From NCBI GenBank assembly GCA_037447605.1, contig CM074804.1, positions 8,285,909 through 8,349,908 on the forward strand: a DNA stretch of 64,000 nt, in the 5' to 3' direction. The notes under the pieces were generated by a model. That model was not told the origin of the DNA and did no database searches. It worked only from the letters and a program-made list of their open reading frames with translations. Position numbers and translations under genes: made by a program. Every line of letters begins with the position of its first letter. Position 1 is the first letter of the stretch. This stretch comes from Zygnema circumcarinatum SAG 698-1b. Its lineage: Eukaryota; Plantae; Zygnematophyceae. This document shows positions 51,201 to 62,144 of this stretch, piece by piece.

Positions 51201-52490
51201 GGAGAATGGAAAGGAGTGGAGAGACAACCGGCATGGTGAGAGTGGAAATGTGGCAGGAGGGTTGACGTGGGACAGCGAGGGAGAGGGGAGGAAAGTAAGG
51301 CGGAGAGAGGGAGAGGGTGCGAAACCAAAATCGGTTGCCGGACGGGGGGCGTGTGTGTGTGCGAGACAGAGAGAGAGAAGCAGAGGAGCGGAAATAGAGA
51401 GGGAGAGACGAGGGAGGAAACAAGAGGCGGGTGTCTTGCAAAGTGCTCGTCTTTTGTTAAGCGTTTCTATAGGACTCTCTCTCCTACGCGCTTTCTCTCT
51501 CCCTCTTTCCCTCTCCCTCCCTCATCCCCCTCCCCCTCCCCCATCCCATCCCACTCCTCTCTCCGCCTCCCTCTCCCACTCCCTTTTCTCTCCCTCTTCC
51601 TCCGACTTCCTCTCCTTCTCATTTCTCTCTCCCTCCCTTCCCACTCCCTCCTCGCTCACCCTCTCCCTCTTGTTCTCTCTCCCTCCTTTCCCACTCCCTT
51701 CCTCTCGCTTACCCTCTCCCTCGTCCCCTCCCTCTCCCTCTCGCTCTCCCTCTCCCTCCCCCTCTCCCTCTCACTTTCCCTCTCCCTCTCCCTCTCCCTC
51801 TCCCTCGTCCTCTCCCTCTCCCTCTCCCTCGTCCTCTCCCTCTCCATCTCCCTCTCCCTCTCCCTCTCCCTCTCCCTCTCCCTCTCCCTCTCCCTCTCCC
51901 TCTCCCTCGTCCTCCTCCCTCGCCACCTCCCTCTCCCTATCCTTCTCCCTCTGCGTCTCCTTCTGCCTCTCCTCCTTCCTCTCCCTCTCCCTCTCTCTCT
52001 TCTCCCGATTTCCTCTCCCTCTCTTTCTCTCTCCACTCACCCTCACCCCCTCCCTCTCGCTCACCCTCTTCCTCTCCCACTTCTTCCATCTCCCTCTCCT
52101 CCCTCTCCCTCTCCCTCTCCCTCTCCCTCTCCCTCCCTCCCTCTCCCTCTCCCTCCCTCTCCCTCTCCCTCCTCCCTCCCTCTCCCTCTCTCTCTCTTCT
52201 CCCGATTTCCTCTCCCTTCCTCCCTCCCTCTCTCTCTCTCTCGGCTGCTGCAGTTGAGCACGCTGAAGCACGACTCGCGTCTGACTGACGAGGAGTTCGA
52301 GCGCGAGCTCAAGTGCATCTGCGTGATGACCGAGGCGCGCCTCTACGAGCTCTTTGGCCGGCATGAGTTCTCGCACTCGCTCTACTTCAAGAACCGAGCC
52401 GTCCTTGCGGGCATCGTGGAGTTTCTGGCCTCTCGCCCCTTACCCGAGTGGACTGAGGAAGCTGATGACAGGGAAGGAGACCATGTGTGA
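43660..52490 (+). CDS. Uncharacterised membrane-embedded alpha/beta-hydrolase (lipase/esterase-like); model disturbed by assembly duplication and probably missing exon(s)
   Basis: Exons: 43660-43764; 44600-44968 (LVIHGTF...[19 protein letters not shown]...[14 protein letters not shown]); 47359-~47492; 47762-48240 ([11 protein letters not shown], two hydrophobic helices, VINAGMLDE), these last two repeated at +1384; 50057-~50271 (AALALS...); ~50336-50526; 50760-50910 ([12 protein letters not shown]); 52254-52490 ([16 protein letters not shown]...IVEFL, stop). Confidence 0.7.
44017..44580. repeat. 18-bp telo-box minisatellite (consensus AAACCCTAATCTGCATTC) with internal inversion
   Basis: More than 20 degenerate 18-bp units fill intron 1 of the hydrolase. 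Units at ~44187-44262 are in reverse orientation, and a perfect 40-bp inverted repeat lies at 44143-44182 / 44187-44226. Confidence 0.9.
45443..47356. repeat. ~1.9-kb almost pure C/T (CCT/CCCT/CCCCCT) low-complexity tract
   Basis: Essentially no purines on the + strand. Lies in hydrolase intron 2 and is the source of the spurious 650-810 aa ORFs. Confidence 0.95.
47353..50103. repeat. Exact ~1.37-kb tandem duplication across the 48720-48729 N gap (offset 1384)
   Basis: 47359-48719 is repeated at 48743-50103, with identical ORFs in the track (47899/49283, 48290/49674, etc.). Confidence 0.95.
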
Positions 52491-54925
52491 GAGATGGAGA
52501 GGGGAGAGAGGGCGAGAGAGCGAGAGGGGGAGGGCGGGCGGGGGAAAAGAGGGTGGGAGGGTGGGAGAGGGCGGGGGAGGGAGAGTAGAGGGAGGGAGAG
52601 AGGGAGGCGTGTCTTCTGGATCCATTGATCTGCGCATAAGTTTGTAACATATCATGCCATGCTTGCGCAATAATTAATTCACTTATGAATTTGAATATTT
52701 TTTAAAAGCTATTAGTTCACAAGTAATACTATTAGGTTACTGGATGTTCGGAGCCGCGGGAATTAGGGTTTCTGGACATGACAGGTTTCTATGCGAATTG
52801 TTGACCTGTCCTGCTGGACACATGGTTTAGGGTTTGGCAGAGAAATTAATAAGGGAGGCAGCAGGTAGGGTAGCAGGCGGCATATGTTTGACTTATTGAT
52901 AAGGACAGCTTTCAGAATTTGCTCAATTAGAACAATTATTATTTATGCAAAACTGGGTTTACGGTTATGAGCAGGTTTTGAAAAACTGTTTTTAATAACA
53001 AGCTTTGCGTGAGATACTGTGGATTTTGGAGGAACACGTGCCTGCATTGCACATGACATACCTTAGATTATGCGAACCTAAAGAAGCCTAAGCCCTAGCC
53101 CACACACTCTGATCCCCTATTCTTGGGATGAGTAGCCAACGCTAATTGGAACTCACCATAAGGACCTGGCCAGGCTAACTCTAGCCTAGTCTGGTCAAGT
53201 ATTGGCTGGACTAGACTGAACTAAACTAGGCTATGCTAAGCTCTTTTAAACAGTACAGGGCACACTAAATGACTGCTGTTTAAGTTGCAGCCCAAAAGGG
53301 AATCCGAAGGCACAACCGTTAACTTAGCGAAGGAAGAAAAGGAACACATGATGACCTGGGCCGGTTTCATGGCAGTTGCTAACCTCAGCGTGACATTGGT
53401 CGCTGCACGCTTTGCTGATGGTGCAACTGTTGTGCTTTCAGATTAGATGACATTCAGAACAAGGGCAGAGAGGAAGTGTGGGAATAACGGAACAACAGAA
53501 GGAGAGATGTTCTTCTTGAAAAAAAGGGAAAGGGGNNNNNNNNNNCTCCCTCTCCCTCTCCCTCTCCCTCTCCCTCTCCCTCTCTCTCTCCCCCTCTCCC
53601 TCTCCCTTCCTCCCTCCCTCTCTCTCTCTCTCGGCTGCTGCAGTTGAGCACGCTGAAGCACGACTCGCGTCTGACTGACGAGGAGTTCGAGCGCGAGCTC
53701 AAGTGCATCTGCGTGATGACCGAGGCGCGCCTCTACGAGCTCTTTGGCCGGCATGAGTTCTCGCACTCGCTCTACTTCAAGAACCGAGCCGTCCTTGCGG
53801 GCATCGTGGAGTTTCTGGCCTCTCGCCCCTTACCCGAGTGGACTGAGGAAGCTGATGACAGGGAAGGAGACCATGTGTGAGAGATGGAGAGGGGAGAGAG
53901 GGCGAGAGAGCGAGAGGGGGAGGGCGGGCGGGGGAAAAGAGGGTGGGAGGGTGGGAGAGGGCGGGGGAGGGAGAGTAGAGGGAGGGAGAGAGGGAGGCGT
54001 GTCTTCTGGATCCATTGATCTGCGCATAAGTTTGTAACATATCATGCCATGCTTGCGCAATAATTAATTCACTTATGAATTTGAATATTTTTTAAAAGCT
54101 ATTAGTTCACAAGTAATACTATTAGGTTACTGGATGTTCGGAGCCGCGGGAATTAGGGTTTCTGGACATGACAGGTTTCTATGCGAATTGTTGACCTGTC
54201 CTGCTGGACACATGGTTTAGGGTTTGGCAGAGAAATTAATAAGGGAGGCAGCAGGTAGGGTAGCAGGCGGCATATGTTTGACTTATTGATAAGGACAGCT
54301 TTCAGAATTTGCTCAATTAGAACAATTATTATTTATGCAAAACTGGGTTTACGGTTATGAGCAGGTTTTGAAAAACTGTTTTTAATAACAAGCTTTGCGT
54401 GAGATACTGTGGATTTTGGAGGAACACGTGCCTGCATTGCACATGACATACCTTAGATTATGCGAACCTAAAGAAGCCTAAGCCCTAGCCCACACACTCT
54501 GATCCCCTATTCTTGGGATGAGTAGCCAACGCTAATTGGAACTCACCATAAGGACCTGGCCAGGCTAACTCTAGCCTAGTCTGGTCAAGTATTGGCTGGA
54601 CTAGACTGAACTAAACTAGGCTATGCTAAGCTCTTTTAAACAGTACAGGGCACACTAAATGACTGCTGTTTAAGTTGCAGCCCAAAAGGGAATCCGAAGG
54701 CACAACCGTTAACTTAGCGAAGGAAGAAAAGGAACACATGATGACCTGGGCCGGTTTCATGGCAGTTGCTAACCTCAGCGTGACATTGGTCGCTGCACGC
54801 TTTGCTGATGGTGCAACTGTTGTGCTTTCAGATTAGATGACATTCAGAACAAGGGCAGAGAGGAAGTGTGGGAATAACGGAACAACAGAAGGAGAGATGT
54901 TCTTCTTGAAAAAAAGGGAAAGGGG
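52211..54925. repeat. Exact ~1.32-kb tandem duplication across the 53536-53545 N gap (offset 1390)
   Basis: 52211-53535 is repeated at 53601-54925, including the hydrolase last exon and its 3' region. Confidence 0.95.
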
Positions 54926-55108
54926 GGGGAGGGGGGGGGGACTACAACTTGGACTGAGGGTCAACATTCTAATAATGCATTAGTTGCAATCTTTCACTCT
55001 CTGACCTAAACGCATAGCGTGTGCTACAAACAAGCACCAATTACAAGTACTCTCCATTAGAGCGAGAGAAAGAGAGATAGATCCATTCCATCCTACCGCT
55101 TCCTCTCC

Positions 55109-58100
55109 TTAATCGTTTTTCTGACTCACACCATCCACCAGCCAAGCCGACCGCCCTATCGCGTCCGCCTCCAAGCCCTGAAACTTGAGCAGCTTTTCAA
55201 AGAGCTCCCAGCCTCCTCCTCCCCCCTCGTCCAAGAAGGCGACCACTATATCCCATTCCTCGTCCTCCCTGCAAAAATCTTTGATGGCAGCCATGTCCAG
55301 CTGGAACACGCCCTCCCAGAGCGCCTGGAAACCACTCATAGAGAACCGGCTTGAAACGCCCTCCTTTGAAAGAGACCCGAAGACGAGCTCCAGGAGAGCG
55401 AGGCCCAAGTAGTAAAGGTCGAGCTGCCTGAACGGGAGGACTCACGCACACCGTGATTTAGGGTTTCATTGAGACCCTTTTCCTCTATGCAAGCCATCAT
55501 TAGTTACGGTGTGATGTGCGTGGAGAGAGAGAGGGACAGAGAGAGGAAGCAGAAAGAGAGACAGAGAGTTATGTTCAGAGAAGAGAGAAGGATATCACCT
55601 CAACATGGCTGCCACTTCGAGGGGGGATGTTGCTCCGAAGGATCGGCACGTTTCTATGGTGCTCTTGTCTAGACTTTCTGTCCCCTGCAATTCCCCTATG
55701 GCCTTTAGTTGTAAATGGCCTCTCTCCCTCGCACCGCCCCTTCCCTCCCTCTCTCTCCCTCCCTCCCCTATCGGTTCGTTCTCCAATGCCAGCACTAGTT
55801 TACGTCCTCGCAATTCGATGCCCATGCATTTTCAAGAAAGAAATCGTTAAGTGAAAAAAAAAATAGGAAGCGTACCAAAGACAAGTCGCTGCCGAGTCCA
55901 AAGCTGGCCAGTTTCACTCGAAGAGAACCTACAGCCAAAAAAAAACACAACACAACACAAACACAAATATGCAGTTTCCATAAGGGAGTCGTGCTATGAC
56001 TCAAGCTGAAAATGCCAAGGAATACATCGTATAGTGAAATTGTTCCCCATGATTCTGAGGCACCTCTTTTATGCAGTTTCCAAAAAGATGCCCGAGCATT
56101 CACCTATTTCACGCTCATCGAATGTGCTGAGGATGATGCATGAGAGGCTAATTGCTCCGTGTATGACACCACGAGCATGACAGTAGCCCAGAGCTTCAAG
56201 GGCTCCCCGAATAACTTTCTGCCAGGACGCAGGCGAGCTATGTCAGCGAAGTGGACTCCCACTCTCTCACTCATTCACACTCTCTCTCTGTCACTCTGTC
56301 TCTTCCTTTCTCTCTCTCTTTCTCTCGCTCTCTCTCTCCCCCTCTCTCTCTCAGCCATTACACTCTCCCATCTAAGTGGGGGTTTTACAAACATTATCTC
56401 AGAAGGTCTCTGCAATCGGCAACAATCAAGTCAAGCGGACTATCCAACGACTTCGAGTTCACGTCAACGTCCTCTTTACAGAAAAGGTGAAAGGAACTGC
56501 AGCAGCACCTGCCTTAAGGAAGGAGGCTCGACGCCTTGGAAAGACCGTTTCGAAGGGATTGAATATGGACATGATGTCATCCTGCTGCTCCTGTGCTGCA
56601 AAAATCGATGCAGCACGGAGGGCCTCCCATCTGAATACCTGCAGGAAAATGGTGAAAAACGTTTCCTTCTTCAAATCAGCTCAGTCGCAATCAAGCATCG
56701 TCTGATACCCCTCTAAGCAGGCATGGCAGAAGGAGGCGGTCTTCCCCAATGATACGAAGTAGGATACTAACCAGCCACGTGCTTAGTTTCTCAGGTTCCT
56801 CTCCGAAACCTGACTCTCTTATTGTGGCTGAGCTACTCCCGTCTCCACTTTCCATTTCCACTGGGGCTGTCCATCTTCTTCCTGTTTCTCGCACATAGCA
56901 CGGCCGCCCTTGTAAGGTTTCCTGCTCTTGTCCTTCACAGTCTTCACAAAAGCTTCATATAGGAATATCTACACCTATGAAAAGAGAGTATGCGAATTCG
57001 GAAAAACGGACAGGGTTCTGCACCAAAACGTCGTGAATCTCACTTCCGACCTGAGCTTTTGCTAACAATGGTCCACACGCTAAACCTTCAGGCTCAGGAG
57101 ATGGTTAAAGTGCCTCCGAGCAACGTCTGCCATTCCTGAACTTAATGTGAAAACGAACGAACGAAAATAGAGAAAAGGATCACCTGCCTGCTGTTCCATT
57201 CGGAGCAAGCGGGTCCCCCGGGAGTGCTAGTGTCTGGAAGTAACTGCACAGGTTGTGAACAGATCGAGATTGTGAATTCTCCAACTTCATTTGAGGTTTG
57301 GAAAGCTAAGCCCTACAGAGTATTTTTCTGAATATGAGGATACATAGTGCACTCACAATGCAGCTTTAAATCTCCCTATAACACGGTGCAAACACATCTT
57401 CAACATGCTCTCATTAATAAATGGCGTACATTTGGCTTGCAATCAACAAGAAAAGAAAGCGTTGCATCTCCAAACCACACATAAAATTTGTGAGAGGTAT
57501 GCATTCTCTTCAATACAAAGAACCAGAAACAAAATAGAATGACGACACTGACGATTCTATAAAAGCCAGGCTTTCTCGCTGACGAGGTCAAGCAATAAAG
57601 TCTTACCCAAGTAGATAGAGGACGGGAGGATCATCACTTTCAAAGGCGCCATACCATGTCCTTGTTTCCTGTAGTCTTCCATACCTGCCAATGGATTTTT
57701 TTTTTCCACAATGAATGCTTTAAAACTTCCAAGCTTCTGCATGGCACAAAACTGAAATCCAATGCTACTTGCACTGACTTGACAGCCCCCTCTCTTAAGC
57801 TGCAAACCAGAGACACATGAATCAATGATAGAATTCCAAGCGTCAAAGAGAAATGCACAGGACGATTCTGAGAGATGTATTAACGTACACTTGCAGTTCA
57901 TTAATAGCCAGGTCTTCTGCTGCTGAAATGTACTCTTTCAGGACCACGCGTTCTCCTGCCAGCTCCCTTCAGCAGCCGCGTGAAACAGTAATCATTGAGT
58001 GTAAAGAAATGAAAAAGATGAAGAGTAACTGGAAATTGTATCATGCTCGACCGTTCAGAGCGTAAAAGCTCTCTCTCGCTACATACTTTTCCCTTACCCC

Positions 58101-58910
58101 ACTCCCCCCTCCACCCTCGCCTTCTTTCTCAACTTGACTTAAACATAACTTATAATGTTCTGAGAGTTACTGGGGAGAGTCCAGTTATCATTCAGCCACT
58201 CATCACTCATAATTCTCATCATTTATTGCTGAGAAAATGAGAGTTACCCCTGTACTATTCGAGCAGCGTAAACGTTAACTGATGGCGATGACAAGCTTTC
58301 CCTCTCATCATCGTCGCTTGAAGTTTCACTTGTCGCTTGCAAAGGAGGCTGCCCTAAGAATTTCACCTGCTCACAAAGTTCAGATATTGCAAACAAGTTC
58401 AAATTATTATTGAACGACCACGCACGCTTCTCAGGAGTTAAGGACTTCGCGAAAGTATTCAATTAGTAAAGTAATTCATTAAAAAATATCAGGAACAGAA
58501 AATGCCTGTATGGTTTTGTCAAGGAAGAATTGGTGCTTTCACCAATGCAGCAAGTACTGTACCTTCTGAAGAGATAACTGGCCTATAGGATACAGCAGCT
58601 CCACACATTCTGGATTGAAGTGAGCAACACTTCTGTCCTCAGAAACTGCTTGAATCTGCTTTCCTGGTTTTCTACTTATTCTCTTCTCGTTACAAGTGTT
58701 CAGGAAAAGAGTTTCCTTCCTCTGCAAATTCCATGAAATGCCGCTGAGCTCTTTGAAGATTATGTTGCAGGAACGATATGTCTTCTGCGGAAATATGGAG
58801 GCGGCAAGACGAGCGGAAGCAGAAGTGGAAGAATGGAGCTGCTTAGCCGCAGGAATCGGAAGGGAGACTGCGGCTTCCCTGAGGGACGGATTACAGCTCA
58901 ATATCTGCAT
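55109..58910 (-). CDS. Plastid-targeted protein-kinase-fold protein, probable pseudokinase
   Basis: A Ser/Ala/Arg-rich transit-like N-terminus (58910-~58563) is followed by VNVYAARIVQG|ELAGERVVLKEY..AINELQV|YGRLQ..LYLLG|YFQT..TWL|VFRWE..FNPFE..RRRASFLK|KVIRGALEALGYCHARGVIHGAISLSCIIL|..VKLASFGLG|..LDLYYLGLALLELVF..FQALWEGVFQLD..FLDEGGGGGWELFEKLL; stop 55109-55111. Confidence 0.8.
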
Positions 58911-59482
58911 GATTATTATAAAAGGACAGTTCTGCTCAGCAGAAAGCTAAGCATGGGTTTACAAAGTAGGCCTCATCCTTCTCATCACTCTCTCGTGCAG
59001 AATTCTGCTTCGTTCTGCTTTTTTCTTTCTGAAAGACACATGATGAATTTCGGAAGGCAGATTTTGATCGTGTGCAGCTCCAAAGGCTCCAAGTAACAAG
59101 TCAATAGCTTATGTCCAGCGTTCGGGAAAAAGTGTGATGAGCTTCGGACCTTGTTGGCTGCTAAATTTCGCCGTCCAAATTCCGTAAACACACTCAGCTT
59201 CCCGATATGAAATCCGAACTTGCTCGCTTTGCGGATTCTGGCACTGCAGATTTGAGAAATGACCTAGTCCGTACGTAGCCTACAAATTCAGATTCCGTAG
59301 TTCGGAAATGCAAAGTCTGAAACTCCTTGCGCCGAACCAGCTACAGTCCAGTAGCAAATCCACCTCTAAAACTGGGAAAATATCGAACTGTAACAGAAAC
59401 TGTGACTGTAACGGTATTCCTCACATAGAGCTTATCAGGCATGCCCCTCGACGACAAAAAGGCTACGCGCACCCCATGACCC

Positions 59483-59521
59483 TGACGTGGCAGTCCCCAT
59501 GAAGGGAAGTGGTGACGTGGC
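59483..59521 (+). promoter_or_regulatory. Two TGACGTGGC (ABRE/Hex-type bZIP) sites 30 bp apart in the divergent pseudokinase/SCP2 promoter
   Basis: TGACGTGGC at 59483-59491 and 59513-59521, with CGTACG at ~59270, ~59560 and ~59593. Confidence 0.5.
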
Positions 59522-60154
59522 GCTCACTCCGGGATGGGACCACTTTTTGGGCGTCCGTCCGTACGTTCGCCCCGCTTGGCCTTGGCAGGGTTCGTACGGC
59601 CGCCATGGCTACCCTTGGTAGGGAAGAGAGAAAGAGAGAGAGGAGACTGGAGAGAGAGAGAGGGAGAGAAAGAGGGAGGGAGAACGAGAGGGAGGGAGAG
59701 AGAGGAGGAGAAAGATAATAAGACGGATTTCTGCTGAGTGAGTACGATGGCTCTGCCCTGCTGGTTTTGCTTTTTGTGCAAGGAAAAAGATGTGGTGATT
59801 CGATGGATTCAGAGAGGCCGCATAACTGTTGGCATTAATGAGGTCTCGCAAGAAACAGTGGATTATCATGTTATTTCTGCTTTACGCTGTGAATTTGGCC
59901 GTTGTCGGAGCATAATTGGTTGCAAGCGTGGCGGACGGTGGCTGCAAGCAGTGTCTAAGCATTCATTAAGTGGTCAAGTATGCTTTTCTAGATGACGCAT
60001 TGATCTCTGGACTCATGCTAGCATCAATAGGAGACATAGGCGTTGTGCAAGAATGTATAAGCAGCAGGCGCAGGTGCTGATGATGGTAGCCTTTACTTCG
60101 CTCGCAGTTGTTGGAGCACGTAAGGTTGAAAACGGAAATTTACAGAGAGTAAAA

Positions 60155-62144
60155 ATGGGGGAATCCGATGAGACCTTCTCTGCTTCTTCCAAATTGAAGG
60201 CAGCCGCCCTGCTGGATCAGATGAAGGCGCATCTTCAAACGGAGGCGGGGACAGAGTTGAAGGAGAAGATTGGCTTCGTTTATCAGCTGAACATTGCTCC
60301 ACAGGTGAGTTGCAGCTCGGCTGCAGCATGTCAAGGCCACGCAAGTAGCTTTTCTGTTTCAACCAACAAAGTATCGTTCTTTTTGTTCGTGTTTTTTCTT
60401 CTGATGCTGATGTTTCGAGGATGTTCTTTGGTTTGAGCTACATGATGGACATACAGCCCTCTAACACTTTTGAAGGACTTGTTGTCTTTGTCGCGGTGGG
60501 TAGCTGCCACCTGAGTCTAGCCAGGTTGTAATATTATTCAAAACTCGCTTGAATATAACAGCGAAATCCTTACTCCTCTCGTTTGGCCGAAATCTTTCAC
60601 TTTTTCTTTTGATTGGTTATGTTTAACGTTGCTGCTTGCCTTTTGTTCCTCAGCCGGTACACGTATGCAAGTCATGGATTCGCGAAGTCTGGGATTTTGA
60701 CGTGCATTTCGGTGGTGCTTGGTAAACTAAAGAGACCGTCTGAACACGACTTACTGGATCAGTTGGATAAAGCATTTTGATGCAGTACGCCCTTTTTTTT
60801 TTGTTTTTTCTAAGCAGTATAGTTTCGAAGGCCATTCGGAAAAGGTTCTATTCACGAGATCCCTTCTCACAACTGCACATCTGTTGCGGATTTTTTCGTC
60901 TGGAAGAAACTGAAGCAAACTGGAAGCTGACCAAATGAAAAGATTAACAAGTTGCGCGAAAGATTGATCTCTGGTTTACGAAAAGTCTCCCTAACTCACT
61001 CGATAAGTTACTGTTGTCCCGTGTATGCGATAAGCTAGTGGATAGGAACTGGATTTTGCGGCTTAAAGTCGTTCAAATGGAGACTGTAGACTGAACTGTT
61101 CAATGGAACTATCTATGAAAAGGAGCAGGGGTCGTTTGCTCTAACTCAGTCATTCACTCTCTCACTAACCTGTGAAGCAATGGACCATTTTTTTTTTTTT
61201 TTTTTTTTTGCCGTCTTTTTCTTTACTCAAGATGTTCCTGCTTCAATTTTGTGGGATCAAGCTATGATCGCCGTTTCATACGCGTCACACGTCATTATTG
61301 TCTGGTTACATTTTACGGCGAAATCCAAAATTCTGAAAATATCCAAAATCTAAAAAAAAAAATGCAGATCTCGTACATTTCCTCCTCGCAGGAATCCTTA
61401 CGCAGGCAGCGTTGTGCTCACACCGATTTTATTGCATTTTTTTGCTTGCTGTAGAAAATGGGAATTAACGACGAAATTTACGTGGTCGACCTGAAGAGCA
61501 GCACAGTGACTAAAGGTGGTGCTTGTTTTTCTGTCTTAACATTGTACAGTTCAGCTTTCTTATGTGATGCGCTGTTTTTTTGAAAGGGGTAGGACCTGAG
61601 TTGTTTTGGGATGTTTCAAGTTTAACTTTAGCTTTGGACGATTGTAAGGAACGGGAAGCTGCTTCTCTTGTGTGGTTCAGGACCTTATGACGGAAAGCCC
61701 GATGCAACTTTTTCATTCGTCGATGGCGATTTCGTGGCAGTGGCGTCGGGCAAGCTGAACGCGCAGATGGCCTTCATCAGGTGTGGTTTTCTGCTGGTGT
61801 CTGTAATACTTTGTGAGAGTTAAGCAATCCAATTCAAGCGTTGCCTGGCTCTGGAAACAGAGTGTAGGGGAACAGAATGTCGTAAAAACACCCAAGTAGT
61901 ATATGAAAGTGAATCACAGAAAGTTCGTCTAGCCTGCGTGCTGAGTATGTGTCAGCTTACTATGCTTGTGGGGGAGAGAGTGAGAGAGAGGGAGTAAGTT
62001 TGTACCCCATCGACTTTGTAAACTCACGTTTGTCTCCGTGTTGCTGTCTTTCCTTCTGGTAGGGGAAAGATGCGGATCAAGGGCAGCATGAGAGCCGCAC
62101 AGAAGTTCACTCCTGACATCTTTCCAAAGCCCGCAAAGCTGTGA
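60155..62144 (+). CDS. SCP2: Sterol carrier protein 2 (peroxisomal)
   Basis: Exons 60155-60304 (KLKAAALLDQMKAHLQTEAG..KIGFVYQLNIAPQ), 61455-61515 (KMGINDEIYVVDLK), 61681-61780 (GPYDGKPDATFSFVDGDF..KLNAQMAFIR) and 62063-62144 (GKMRIKGSMRAAQKFTPDIFPKPAKL*). The C-terminal AKL is a PTS1. Confidence 0.96.

Noticed and set aside
47353-54925. Apparent tandem exon duplications / alternative exon cassettes in the hydrolase gene
   Set aside because: The copies look identical even in introns and abut 10-N gaps, as expected for unmerged contig overlaps. Read depth or long reads would settle it.
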